Positions 25,623 through 39,200 are shown, counted from the first letter of the whole stretch. The stretch is 63,172 nucleotides of DNA, filler included, from Lenisia limosa (GCA_001655205.1; 12 parts of 12 records of this genome joined end to end with filler, not necessarily neighbours in it), one strand, 5' to 3'. The notes: generated by a model from the sequence alone, not told the origin. Numbers and translations are program-made.

Positions 25623-28576
25623 TTATACAGCCTGTCGCTTGATGGGCTCAATGACTTCGACATTAAGACCGAAGTCCTCCGATTCTGCCATTTCAGCACT
25701 TCGCTTGAGATCCTCAACACTATTATGTGAATTTCATCATGTCATAAAGTTTCTTATTTTATTTTTTTGAAAAAACCAACCTTGAATAATCATGAAGGGG
25801 AACCAGGGGCTCAATGGGGACCTCTGAAGGAAGGGGTGGCTGAGAAATTAGTAAAAAGAAACATAAAGAACTGACTGAATTCATCACCAAATAAATCCGT
25901 AAGACCCCCTCCCCCTCGCCCCCTCCAACGAAGCTTTCAACAGGTTCAGTTTGATTCGAGGGAGGATTAATAGCAGCAATATCTAAAGGTCAAGGGTAGA
26001 GGAAGGTTTCAAGGTATCATAACAACATCCAAGATCCACAAGATAATATGTTAAGGTATGATACGTCACGAGAAGAGATAAGACAAGTGTCATTCGTTTA
26101 CCCACCATGAGGAGGAAGAACGTTGACAACTGGAGTACTGGTTGTTTGTTGGTAGTTTAGTGGCTGGTTGAGGAATGAAAACTCAACAGGAGGCAGGTTG
26201 GCAGGGTCAATGGTGGGGAACTAAGGATATGTGATAAACAATATTTTAACAGGTTTTTCAAATAGTAACCCCCAAAACTGGTTACTAACAAAAATCTCTT
26301 GCTACATTTTTACAAGAACTTGGACTACCATTTGTAAACTGAGACAATTGTGAGATAATAACCTTCGCTGCCCTCCAACCGCGGTGAAAGGCACAGGAAT
26401 CTCGGCCCCAGCAAGGATCTCAGGGTCAAGAACTGGGTCGATTCGTGGTGCTCGTGGACCAGTCTTTACCCGCTTCAATGTTAAGGAAACCGGCATTATT
26501 CTAAGAAAAGAACATAATAGTATGTAGCAAACAGAAAAAGGTAATATAAAGCTGAGTCACTCCTTCCCTAAAAATTTTCATGGTTAAGAATACCCTACTG
26601 TATACCTAAATCAAAGGCGCATGTTGAAGAATAATGGGATATTATACCCCCCAAAAAAAAACATTTAAAAAAGCAAATAAAAATAATGGTTTACTTCTGC
26701 AAACAGGGGGAAGGCCCTCCAGATCTCGGTGACGTATTTCATGGCTTCGGGCTGAAGATCTGTCGGCAAACGACTTTGGGCAACCTGGTACACTGCACTG
26801 AAAAGATAAGAAACAAGAACATAATATATACAAGAAATATTATTAGAGTATTTGTGAGACAAGGCTTATGCTATGAAAATTATAAATTGTTGAAAATAGA
26901 CTGTTCTTACAGTATATGGCTTCACACTGGAATGAATGTACAGATGGTCCTTCAGTTTGTCTTTTCGGGTGAATGATTTGAGGCAACTAAATCGTCAGTT
27001 TTTTTTTTCTCTTAAAAAACAAAAGAAAAATGTAAAACGCAATGCGAACTCATCCTTCACGCATTCCACGGTATAAGAATTACATTACTCCATTAAAATG
27101 GTGATAATATCAGAGAAGGAAATGATAGTCTCTTTTAAAAACTAATATGCTATTTTAAGTTACCAACCCTGGATACGGACAGTGGAAAGGCCTATCCCCT
27201 GAGTGGATCACCATATGTCTAAAGCATAAAAAAAAGGTAAATTCAAGGGGAGATTGGGTGTATAGTAATAATACATGAAAATATATTTTATTTTATATAT
27301 TATATACTATACTATACATTATATAGTAGCTATATATATAGTATATATAACATATATTATATATTAGTACTAATTATAAAAGATATATCATATACTCTAT
27401 CGAATTATTATTGGTGGTAAAATACACACTACTATATTGACTTGAAGACAATACTGCCTTTTACTTTTATTGATTTGATAAACAGTAACAGTGTCACACC
27501 TTTTGAGCGATTTCAATGTTGCAAAATGTTTGAAACATCCAGACACAGTACAGGGATATGATGATGGAGGGAACGGTGAAAAGTGACCCGCCAAATGTTC
27601 AGTCAATTCTTGCACAGACTGGATCGACTAGGAGTAATAGTCAGACAGGATTTATTTTTTTCTGATTATTAACAAGCAATAAACATTCCCAATAAAACAA
27701 AGAACAATTTTTCACCCATCCCACAGCAGTACAACCCGGGAAATTACATCTGAACGGGTCAACACCCTGATGGCAGAGAAGGTGCGTATTCATGATAGTG
27801 CTATCCGCCATTACCAAATTGCAACCGTTCACTGGACAAGTCCATCTACAATTGGTCAGAATTATGTCAACAACAAGGTGAAACCCAGTTTCCGAACCTT
27901 GTTGCTTGAACCTTAGGCTCAGTGATCACTGCTGCAGGGCAGTGGATAACCTAAGGGTGAAAAGTTAAAAACTATGCCAAGGGGGAGGGGCGGGGGNNNN
28001 NNNNNNNNNNNNNNNNNNNNNNNNNNNNNNNNNNNNNNNNNNNNNNNNNNNNNNNNNNNNNNNNNNNNNNNNNNNNNNNNNNNNNNNNNNTTTTTATCTA
28101 CTCAGGAGGAGGTGATAAAATAAGCTAAAAATAGTTAAATTTTTACTTTATCAATCGCCCATTTACTTATTTTATTAAAAAAAAAAAAAAAAATCAATCG
28201 CGCCCTCACCTTGTACAGTTCTGACGGAAGTGTTTGGTGCGGGACAGGCTCCGGCATCGGAACAGCCATCGCCATTGGTGCATGGTCTACCAGGTGAAAC
28301 ATAAGAGCTGGGCCAAATAGGAAATCCAATAATATCACAAACTATAACAAAAAAAACATTTACCAAATCTCCAATCATTAATAAATCGGAGAGAAGGTTT
28401 CTCGTGGCAGCGTCGCGCAAACAACCAATGCGCTTACCAAGCAGTCCATGTCCTGGAAGAGGTGGAAGGTCAAGCTGGTGGTAAGGAATACTGTCTTGAC
28501 TTTCAATATCATCAAGGGGTTCAACGATTGGTGTTACAGGGGCCTCGGGGTGCACATTATGCAGGGGTTCCATCAT
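25623..28576 (-). CDS. Multi-finger C2H2 zinc-finger transcription factor
   Basis: YPCTVSGCFKHFATLKSLKRHMVIHSGDRPFHCPYPGCLKSFTRKDKLKDHLYIHSSVKPYT|CSVPGCPKSFADRSSARSHEIRH, with acidic/Pro-rich flanks. Start codon uncertain. Confidence 0.88.
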
Positions 28577-28852
28577 AAAGCAGGGGATTCAACTGTTGTG
28601 TGATCTCCCTCTGATGAACTCCAGACAGATTACTGATGATATTATGATTTATTAGAATGATTAGATGATTGATAAGTGTGATCTGAGAACAGAAGGATCA
28701 ACAGATCTTCAGCTTTCAATTTCCTTTTCAAACCCCCCAATCAACTAATCAACTTAACACCACTAGAAGAGCCAAAGAGCGGAAAGGAAGCCGAAAGATT
28801 TGGAAAGATCGCGGAAGAAAAGATCCTGAGGTGTTTCACTTTGCCGCACAAC

Positions 28853-31249
28853 ATGGAAATATTCAGGCTTGTATTATCTGCGCTTCTCATTTCCTCGAGT
28901 TTCGCATTACTCACACAAAGTGCTGATAATGTTTCTGGGTTTTTTGAAGGAGGCAAGTTCAAGTCCTTCAACAGCCTTCAGCTCCCATCAGTCCTCAAGA
29001 ACACATCTCCAGCAAGTGGGCGGTGGAATTGAATTGACAGAACTAGAGACTTCACCCTTCGATGCTAAGTTACCTCCCATCGCAACTTGTTATTTACGTT
29101 TTTGTGATTGTCCCTATATTCTCTTCCCCTTTGAACAGTTGTCAATCATATACCAGGTCGTGTTTGGGTACATGAACCGGAAGCTTCCATCCAACTTGCT
29201 CATGAAAGGAGCCAGCCCTTCATAAAGTATCTTCCCAAGGCAGGAACCTGGTCAGAGAGGGTGTGAATCATTATTTGTTAGTGTGATGTATGACGTTGTA
29301 GGGCTGCTGGGCTTGTTGGCTCCGACATGAGCCTCCGTCTTAAACTATCGCGTGACAGCGGGACATCGTGGCAAGAGCAGCCCCTCGCCTCTCATGAAAG
29401 TATGTTAGAGAAGACCATAAATACATTTGTTTTATGTTCCGTTTGTTTATTGGTTAGATTGCACTCGAATATATGACCCTTCAATTGTTGAAACTGACAC
29501 TTCGATTTTGGTGTCCATGTAAGATGGGTTGAGCTTTTTTTGGTAACAGCATTGGAGTTAACTGTTTTAGGAGTTGCTATCTTGAGGACATCATTATCTT
29601 CTATCGTTCGGTGGATCATGCACAAACATGGACAAAGCAGATTATCATGGTATGGACAACCTGGTCTCTTCAAGTAAAGAAAAATCTTATTTTACCTAGT
29701 TGCCAACAAGATTCTTGGCAGATCAAGGCTTCACTTATGATGCTGACAATAAGGTCATCTACATCACTGGCTACTTTGCTCCTTTGTTTGCTGGCTAATT
29801 TAAAGGCCTTCATTGAAACAGCATTTATCGGGGGAACCTGGACGAAGCCGTCCACACCATCACGCTTATCAGAGATATTGGATTATACTATCATATTAAT
29901 TCACCCAATCATTTGCCTTACAACTCTGTGCAGCTTTATGCATGCCTGCAGCATAATAGTGTGTCAAAAAAACTGCTGGATCTACACCTTTCTCAAATTT
30001 TGAACATTAGAGATAGGGTTTTCCGGTGCTTTTCCTTAATAAATATTAGATTACCGGACCGTACAAGGTCCAAAGGAGGTTTACTGAGATCATTCGATGA
30101 CGGGTTGACGTGGAGTGAACCAGTCCTTTTCAACATGGGTCTTGAGGTAATGAGTTGTCTATTTTAGTCAAACAAACCTTTCCAACCTTACCACTACACA
30201 GGATGGTACTGGTTATGCTGGAAGTATAGCATTGGGTAACGGATTTATCCTGGTGGGCTGGGTGGTGCATCTGTTTAAGACGCAGTATGGCTGAAACTAT
30301 TGAATATCTTTCTTAATAACATTATTAGTTGAGTGTCTGTTGTTTATTCAACTAGGGTGCATCACACATGTATTCTGCTTCTCTCGACACAATTGGAGAT
30401 CTTCCTTTCGTTCTCTCTTTTGATTGTGAGATTTTGGGAAAACTGAAGTTGTCAACATGATCTTGTCAATTTTCTCTTCGAATACTACCATTTTGTTTTC
30501 CAACGTTGATAAACTAACGAGTGTAGGTGGAACAACATGGACAGAGCATGCATTGTTTCCAACAGTCCCTGGAATGTCGGGGGGGGGGGTAGCTAAAATA
30601 GTCTTTACCAATTTTCTTCTCACCATACAGGAAAGACACTGTGCCAAAGGTCTATATTTATGAAGGTAATTACATCGTCATCCACAACTCGCAGAATGGG
30701 ACGTACTCTTATTCAAATGAAGTAGGTGGTTGTGCATTTCTTGACCAACTAAACCCGTCCAGGTCCTGTTTTCGCATGATCTTGTTAACTTTGAGCGGCT
30801 GCAGTCATTCTTCAAGCCCCCGGCTGGCACTGTCAATGTAATGAATCGGTACACTTCAGATATTGACGCTTTTGGTGAGAGTCAAGAGCTGATCCTTCAT
30901 TTGGTCAAGGACAACAATTTGGAAGTGACAGCTCCTAATTTGTAACTGTTTAGGCAACCTGCTTGCAGTACGGGCCGATAGTACACCCGGAAGGACACCC
31001 TATGTATACAATGTGAACGTTAAAAATGGCTCAGTAGGACCGTCAATGCCCATCAACATTCCAAATGAACTCTCTTCTTACTTGGTTGGTATTTGATTTT
31101 GTCTACAAACATTCACATGCTAGTCCACCGAAAACAGCTACGACGAAATGAAAATTGCCACAGCAACAGACAACAATGGGCAGTGGATGGTGTCTTTCCG
31201 TATAGCAAATTCTACCCACTCTGAAATGGCAGTTTTTAAGACAACTTAA
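28853..31249 (+). CDS. Secreted BNR/Asp-box repeat protein (sialidase-like beta-propeller)
   Basis: Signal-peptide-like MEIFRLVLSALLISSSFA. Asp-box motifs SRDSGTSW, RSVDHAQTW and RSFDDGLTW lie in separate GT-AG exons. Confidence 0.75.
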
Positions 31250-31949
31250 CCTGTTAATATTTTATTATGTATTATCATTATTATCTTCGAATGTGCTCTC
31301 ACAGTGTTAAACATCATATTCATGTACAATACATTCAATAATAGATCAATTGTCAAAATTGAGCGTCCACGACTTATTCAAACATAAGCCGAGTGGAGAG
31401 GTATCAATAACCTATGCAGTTATAAAGTATGACACATGTGATAAGAAAGAGTNNNNNNNNNNNNNNNNNNNNNNNNNNNNNNNNNNNNNNNNNNNNTTAA
31501 TTAATTAANNNNNNNNNNNNNNNNNNNNNNNNNNNNNNNNNNNNNNNNNNNNACATATGGTTTCTTTGGAGAAGGGTGGGGTATGATTCCTTATTAACTT
31601 TGTAGAAAAAAAAGCGAAAGGAAAAGCTCAAGAAAAATCCTCAAGTGGTCAGAAAAAACACCAAAAAACGGTTTGTACTCGCATTATTTGGTAAAATATC
31701 ACTATTTTTAGGAAGTAGTTTTCGTGTTCTGTTCTTATTTTATGTGCACGAAAAATATAATGTAGTTTCTTCCCAGTGTTCAGCCAGAAGTGAACAAGTA
31801 GATTGATTTTGTGTTGATTTTTGTCAGAAATACCACATTTAAATCGAAAATCGAAAAAGCGTTCGCGTTCATGGGAGTGTTCGCGTTCATGTATAGTCAC
31901 CTATATATTAACATATGACATATGTATATAACTAGAATTCACGCTTTTC

Positions 31950-33060
31950 AGACTCGGTTCTGTCAAGCATCGTCGCATCTGCAGGCCTTCAAGCTGCCCG
32001 GCGACTGTCGGCCATTAACAAGTGGAGCGACGTTGGTGATATTGCGTTCAGTGCTGCCATCGTGGCTGTCAGGTTTGTGGAATTTGTAGAAGTGGGAAAT
32101 AACAAAAGGTTTGTGTAACCGCTCTCGCTTAAAAATATTTCAAAATCAGTAGCAATATCGTTGATTTTATTATTGACGCCTCACAAATCTGTGATTTAAT
32201 GAAATGCTGTTCCATTTTAATGGGATACGATGCTACAGAAGCGATTGGCCTAGGCTTTGTTTGTTGTTTTTTCAACCCTTGTGTGTTTCTAGCCACAATT
32301 GTTAATTTTGGGCCTTTTGTGTTTCATGAGTTACACCCCCCACCCCCATTTTATTTACCTTTTCAGGCGAAGAGACATGCCCCTTGTTCTTGAAGCACTG
32401 GAAAACGTGGAAACTGACAACAGAATGCCGCTTGTCAAGGAGGTAGGACTAGGGTTTTCCAAAAAGGTCTGAAAAAGAACAATACAATATCGATAGTTTT
32501 CGAGGATATATCTTTTTTCAAACCAATGTGAAACCCAAGGTATGACTAGGGCTTCCACACGGCTGAATTTCTTGATATATCTTTGATGAATATCGATATT
32601 TTGACGATCTTTTTCAGATGATGAACTTGCCAGTACCCATGGGAACTTGTTCATCATCTAATCAAGTTTTTTCTGATCCTTCGTACTTTGGTATTGATAT
32701 TTGTTTGCACGCATTACTGACCGCCAAGATAATTGAGCATATCAGCGAGAAGTCCTTGGGAGCGGACAATGGCATTGTACCCATCGCTGGAATGGAGCAG
32801 TCTTTCCTCAGCGGCATCACCACCGCCGGTAGGAGCAACAGTATTTGCATTTCGGTTTTAAGCTTTGTAAGGAGTGTAAAAGAATGCCAAAAAACAGCAG
32901 AATTTTTTATCACTTTTCCAATAGAGTAACCTGCGTATTCCCTTTTTAGCTTGATGATTATGATGTTGTCAGCCAACAGAGTTGATTTTGGGCTTTTCGT
33001 TTCATAAATTTTTCGATTTTTACTCCCCCACGTTTCAGATTATTTGGTTTGTGATGAGTA
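31950..33060 (+). CDS. Unknown multi-exon gene (partial)
   Basis: In-phase exons DSVLSSIVASAGLQAARRLSAINKWSDVGDIAFSAAIVAVR|RDMPLVLEALENVETDNRMPLVKE|MMNLPVPMGTCSSSNQ|IIEHISEKSLGADNGIVPIAGMEQSFLSGITTA. Confidence 0.6.
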
Positions 33061-33938
33061 GCTTGACGCCAATATTCTTCNNNNNNNNNNNNNNNNNNNN
33101 NNNNNNNNNNNNNNNNNNNNNNNNTTAATTAATTAANNNNNNNNNNNNNNNNNNNNNNNNNNNNNNNNNNNNNNNNNNNNCTAGAACATGGTCGTACTCC
33201 CAGGTTAACTAATATACATATTATATCATATAATATATACTATGTATACTATATGTTATCCTTGCTAGGAGGATATTATATGTTATGTTTTTATATATGA
33301 CTCCTTTTTTTTTGTGTATTTTTAAAACAATTTTTGTTCCCAGCAAGCTCTGGGTTAATCCGGCCTGTTTTACTTTTTGCCTACCTGAAGTAGCCCGGGC
33401 CATGGGAAAATTTTTTGGGAAATTTCGACATACTGTCCAGACTTTTTCAAAATTCTTCTGGGAAATGTGGCTTGAATTTGTGAATTTGCAATATAGGTGA
33501 CATGTATTAATCCAATTGTAGCCAATTAAAATTTGCTACCCACAAATTGATTTATGTGGTGTTATCATGATGGTTCAGTCAAATTAAGCCATTTCTTGGA
33601 TGAAAATATAAGAAGGGAAAAATTAAAAAAAAAAGAAAAAAAGAAAAGGAGAGATAAAAAGGGGGGACAGGCCGATTTTAGTGCCGGTGTGGTGTACTGC
33701 GGTGTAGGAGCGGATCCCCCTTGGAAATTAAAATCTTTATTGTTTGTTTTTTTGCAGTAAAGTCTCTTTTAAAACTAGGATCACAGAGAGACTTTACTGT
33801 TATCAAAAAGATCAGTTCGGGGGAAAATTTCAAGAAATCATTGACAATAAACAAAAGAGTTAATTTCCAGTAAAAATGACTAATTCAGCTCACTTTTTTG
33901 ATTATCATCGGGAATGAAATAATTGAACTACACTTTGT

Positions 33939-33996
33939 GGCTAGATGGCCGAGTGGTTAAGGCGACAGACTTGAAATCTGTTGGGCTCTGCCCGCG
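33939..33996 (+). tRNA. tRNA-Ser(UGA); 3' part hidden by N
   Basis: GGCTAGA TG GCCGAGTGGTTAAGGCG, anticodon arm ACAGA-CT-TGA-AA-TCTGT, long variable arm GGGCTCTGCCC (type II tRNA). Confidence 0.92.
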
Positions 33997-34095
33997 NNNN
34001 NNNNNNNNNNNNNNNNNNNNNNNNNNNNNNNNNNNNNNNNNNNNNNNNNNNNNNNNNNNNNNNNNNNNNNNNNNNNNNNNNNNNNNNNNNNNNNA

Positions 34096-36240
34096 TTACC
34101 AAGCTTATGAAGACTTTCATTGAAAGGGCCAGGCAGGTTTGTTTTACCCCTCCTCTCCTTTTTTATATTTTAGGGACAAGTTATTGGTATTGCTCCTATT
34201 CAAGGTGTCATTAGAAGTTATGTCAAGGGTAAGTTGAGGGTAAGTCTCGTTTTCTGAGCGGTGTTGGATGGATTAGTATATGCGGCCAGATGCAACGTTG
34301 TTTTACTTATCATCTCTATCTCTCCCTCTCTATATTATAGTGTCATATAAATAATACTACTTGATATAGAGAATATAACTATGTATAATCGGGGGCCTTA
34401 TTCATGGACTGCTTAAGGAAACCCTGACATTCCAGGCGAAAAGATTGAACGCATCCGTTGCGGCTCAGGCTCTTCTTCTTTCAACATCACAACCGGAGGC
34501 GAGGTATGCGGCTTGAATGGTTGGTGTTTTGTTGTGAAAAGATATCATTAGTATATTATATTTTATGATTGTGATCACCCGCCTCTCTAGATTACAGCCT
34601 GCCCCATTGCTCCAGAGTTCAAGTCACTTGGCAACCTCGATGAAAACTTCAAGGCTGAGAACTTCAAGGTTTGATTTGCTGTTCACTGGTTGTTAATTTT
34701 TGTGACATCGGGAAAAAACATAAATTTTTGGGTGATGTTGAGAGAGCCGACACCCGACACCCGATTGTGAATCGGGTGTTCCATTCTCATGCTCTCTTAC
34801 TCTCTTCTCCCTTTTCCTTCCGTTGGCGAAGTTCAGATCCACTTGATCCAACATGTTTGTTTATTGTTTCGGTATCGTGGTTCTGCCAACCTTGGAACTT
34901 TGCCTGGATTGACAGACACCAATTAAGTCCTTTTATCAAAATTAATTCCACCGATTGCTCCAATAGGAAATATAAACTTTGATTAGACAACAAAAACAAC
35001 CAAAGGAGAGCTTCCTCAACGAACATGTCGATGTATGGGGTAAAAGCTCTTCTCTTCTACACTACTACCACACTCACTTTCTTTTTTACTTATATATACA
35101 ACAACAGTGCAACAACAATTATTAACAACAACAAAAGTAGTTCGGCAATCTCATAAACCCAACGAACAAACCCGATTCTGTGTCGGGTGTCAGCTCCACT
35201 ATCCACCACACCATTTTTGTAAAAAACAAAAACAAAAAAAAAGAAGAAGTCGGTCGTCGGTGCAATTAAATTAATTCACAATTAATTTTTTTCAATTATT
35301 TTTTTTGGACCAATAATTTCTCGAAATGTCAATTAATATTTTCCAAGAAATATATCAGGAACCAATTTCTTTTGGATTGTTCCAGAACAAATAGTATAAT
35401 TTCCAGAAACTTCCAGAACATTGGGGTTTCCGAGTTGATTTTTTTTCGAACAAAAATGTAATTTTGCTTTTTTTTGACTAGATTTTTTCATTGCCTGTTC
35501 AAAATGAAAGAGGGGACAAAAGATGAAAGTTACTAATAACAACAATATTGTTGAAAATGAATTAATTATGAAATAAATTTCTGGAATTAATTGCACCGAC
35601 TTCTACTTTTAATTCTATTTATAATTAGCTGCATTTGACTGTTTAGGATTCAGTTCTTGTTGACGGGCTCTGTGAGAAGTGCGATGTTCTCGACGAATGC
35701 GGTGGAAGGTGAGGTGAATACAATCTGCAAAATACTATAATATTACATTGAAACAAGACCACAAAGTGTCTTGCAATAAGGGAAATTATAGAACTTTTGT
35801 TGTGTACACTTTTTAGGTATTCCTCATTTCTTAGATGCCTCTATGCCAATAAGACTTCCTGGTGGGGTGAAGACGGTTTCGATGAGGTGAGATTTTGTTC
35901 ACATTAATTCTTCATAAAGTAAGTCCCAACCCTTACCCTGCAGGTCTGTGTCACCATCAAACATCTTTTGAAGGAGTGCCGTGAAAACGCCGAAACCCTC
36001 AAGGTCCGTGGTACAATATGGAATATAATACACCGGCACATCGCGCAACGTGCTGGATTGCATTCAATACTTGCAACCTTGATTGTGCAGGATCTGATTG
36101 GAGCTGGCACCGTGAAAATGAGTGACGTTGATTATCCTCCTTTTAATAACTCAGTGGAGATTATGTGAGCAAAAACTTTTTTTTTTTTTTTCCACCTCAT
36201 CTTGCATTTGCTTTCCTTAATTGACTCTTTTAGCCCCTAA
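34096..36240 (+). CDS. Radical SAM/SPASM-domain Fe-S protein, C-terminal half, resembling the archaeal AF0577 (TIGR04084) family
   Basis: Nine in-phase exons: ..ERARQ|GQVIGIAPIQGVIRSYVK|G..RIRCGSGSSSFNITTGGE|ITACPIAPEF..|..LCEKCDVLDECGGR|CLYANKTSWWGEDGFDE|VCVTIKHLL..|..YPPFNNSVEII|P*. The Cys pattern is SPASM-like; the family match is from recall. Confidence 0.8.
34744..35196. mobile_element. ~450 bp MITE-like insertion in a radical SAM intron
   Basis: 17-bp TIRs GAGCCGACACCCGACAC / GTGTCGGGTGTCAGCTC (one mismatch). Confidence 0.55.
35243..35604. mobile_element. ~360 bp AT-rich MITE-like insertion in the same intron
   Basis: AGAAGTCGG..GTGCAATTAA at the left pairs with GAATTAATTGCACCGACTTCT at the right. 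Confidence 0.5.
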
Positions 36241-36291
36241 TCGAATGGTAAAATATCTATGTGTCTGTGGGTCTACGGTTAATCTCTAATT

Positions 36292-39200
36292 TCATCTTTC
36301 TTCTAGCTTTTTGTCCTTAGCATACATGATGTCAAAAGGAAACAATTAAATAATACTACCATGGCTTTCTCCTGTTTTTTAAGACATACCTCGAACGATC
36401 TGCAATCTAGAAATATCAGTCATTTACATGTACAAAAGAATTCCCACCGTTATGCTCAGGGAAGGGAAGAAGGAACGGGTGAAGAGGGCCATAGTGTTGC
36501 CATAGTGCAAGCCAAAAGCGGTACATGTCAACGCCAACACATTGAATGGCATGCCTGGGGGTCAATATCAAAGCTAAGTTCACAGGAATGTGAAATGTTA
36601 AAAAGTGTTGATTTGCTTCCGTTTATCATCAAAAAAAGTGGTGTGATGGTTGGCCTACTGAAATCAGGGAGAGGCAACTCAACAGTCAGGTTGGGCGTGA
36701 AGAAGAGGCTCCACTCTACTGTGTCATAGCTTGAAAATAGCTGCCTTTTAGTTCAATTGTACAACGAAAAAAATCTCTCAGAAAAATCAATGAGTCAAAG
36801 AAGTGCTCACGAACCATCAAATCCCAATATTGCTAGAGGACAATCAGAGTTTCAATAGCCATTGCAACAGTCCCCTTCAAACCAGATGAGGCTTTCGCTG
36901 AGTACCACACCATCGCTGGTCCTAGAAATAATAATTCAGAGGTGGAAAGGGGGAATTGCATCAATCAAGCCTTTCATTACATTAGCCTCATGAAACCAAA
37001 ACAGAAAAAGAGATACTAATGAACACACCTAAATCTCGTCCCCGAGATGCATCAGGTGGATGCCCTTCGATCCAAATATGCTGACTCACAATTGCTGCAA
37101 AATTATCAAATGCAAATTCAAATATTATTACTAACCACTTTTCTTCCTTTTAATCAGTCGCCCCATTAAAATTGTAAACTATAATTGCTAGAAGAAAACC
37201 CTTAATGTCAATGACAAGGGCACCTTGTAATTAATTGAATTTAATTGCCATAATTGGAAATTATTTCAAAGCAATTAATTGGCAAATAATTGAAAATAAA
37301 ATAAGTTGCCATCTTTTGTAGAAAATATCATTGAAATACAACATTATTTTGAAAGCAACAATTGAGTGGCTGAAAAAAAAGACAAATTTATTTGTCTCAA
37401 AAAAAATACTTAAGAATATACTTGCCCCCAGCCAAAAATGCAGAAGTTTATTTCTCTTTTTTCTGCAACTATAATTTTCAATTTCAATTAATTGCCAATT
37501 ATTTGCGATGTTTAGGTAATTAATGGAAAAAATAATAAATCTAATAATATTTTAGTAGCTTGGTCATACCTTACAATATAGTGGTAAGTGTTGATCAATA
37601 AATTAGATTTCCTTTCAGAAAAATCGACAAAGACTTCGTATTTGATGTAGAGAGAAGAAATAAAAACAACGAGTATCTGGCCAAATCAGTTCACACCAGT
37701 ACGCTTCTAGGAGATATTGGATTATATATAGCAATGAGAAATAAAATAAAGATGTATCTAGCCGAAAGCCGCTATTGTTATTACATATCATTTCATACAT
37801 ATCTATATACTATATATATATCATATATTATTATAGGTATCTTTGTATCACAGTACATAATAAAGTAAATAGGATATATCACATGAATATCAATGATCGT
37901 ATAATATATACTATGCATTTATATTATGTAGAGTATATCTCCAGACTCACGGATAGAAAATGTCAACAGCTGACTGGGTTCGAGCGTGACATTGAATCCA
38001 ATGAGCCAAGGGCTGCCTTGAAAAACTAGATTGTAAGTGAAACGCAAAGGAGAATCTGAACTGGATATTAGCGAAAATCCCCATACCTGACGGGGAGACT
38101 GAAACGCAAAATTCATCAGAATTATCTCCACACGTTGAAAAGAGTGATGTGGAAAAATATCCCTTAGTTTGGGAGGGAACTAAAGGCACTTCTTTGGCAT
38201 TTTCAACATCTCCTGTTCAAATAATTATCATAAAAAGTGCAACTCCATGCCTTCTACTGGGACACCCATTTCGACCCCATACCATTTGAAGATAGTCTGA
38301 GGCGCATTTTGCTTGCTCTCAAGGCAGCAAACCAAGGAAGCGCCATGAAGGTTTTCGTACGTAACGGTGCTGTATCGTGGTTTTGAACCTGTATCACAAA
38401 TGAACAGGCGTTTTTGCCATTGTTTTTACTTATCAGAATGCAGTTTTTATCAATAATGACACTCAGAATGTGGAGGGGACTCACTTTATAGAGCATCACA
38501 TGAGTTCCAGTCGAGTCAGTGACAAGTTGTCGATCAACTTCCAGCTGGACCTTTATTATAGTATAGTAATATTTTGTTTTAACGTAATGTACTACATGTA
38601 CTTTGTGCATTATTGACATTAAAGCTCTATGACAGACCTGTGGCAAAGCGGGAGTCATTGAAATATCCGATCGCGAGACTGAGAATGATGTTTTTCCAGT
38701 TAACGCAATTTGATGGCGTGTCTGGCGTGTTAACCAGAGTTCTATCACAATACTTCATGTCATACCTCTCCTCCAGCAAGTTCTGTTTTCTGTGATGTTT
38801 CTTGCAGAGTTTGGTTCGCGGCAAGAGAGAGAACAAGGATTGAACTGTCACACAACATGCATGGTGAGATCGACGAGACCCCAAGAAGACTATCTGTGTC
38901 AAAACCTCCAGCCTAAAGGATAAGTTCATCATTTACGTAGTAGTTTTCAGTAGTAGTGAGGAATTAAGACAAACAAGCTAATAACCCAGATATTCCATAC
39001 TATGGAGTAAAACGGAGTGGGATTGCTGAAAACGCTTTTTGTAAGTGAGGATTTCAATGCCCATTCTGGTGACCGTTGTACAGAAGATATACCAAGTCGA
39101 AGCGAAAGAGCATCACCATCCTAGTGTATGAAATGTCAATCATGCAACTGAAAAAGATCATACTAACTTCAGAATACTTGAAATGACAAAGAAAGTGAAA

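Noticed and set aside
33939-33996. tRNA-Sec or suppressor tRNA
   Set aside because: The anticodon is TGA (reads UCA, Ser), not TCA, and the arms look like a standard tRNA-Ser.
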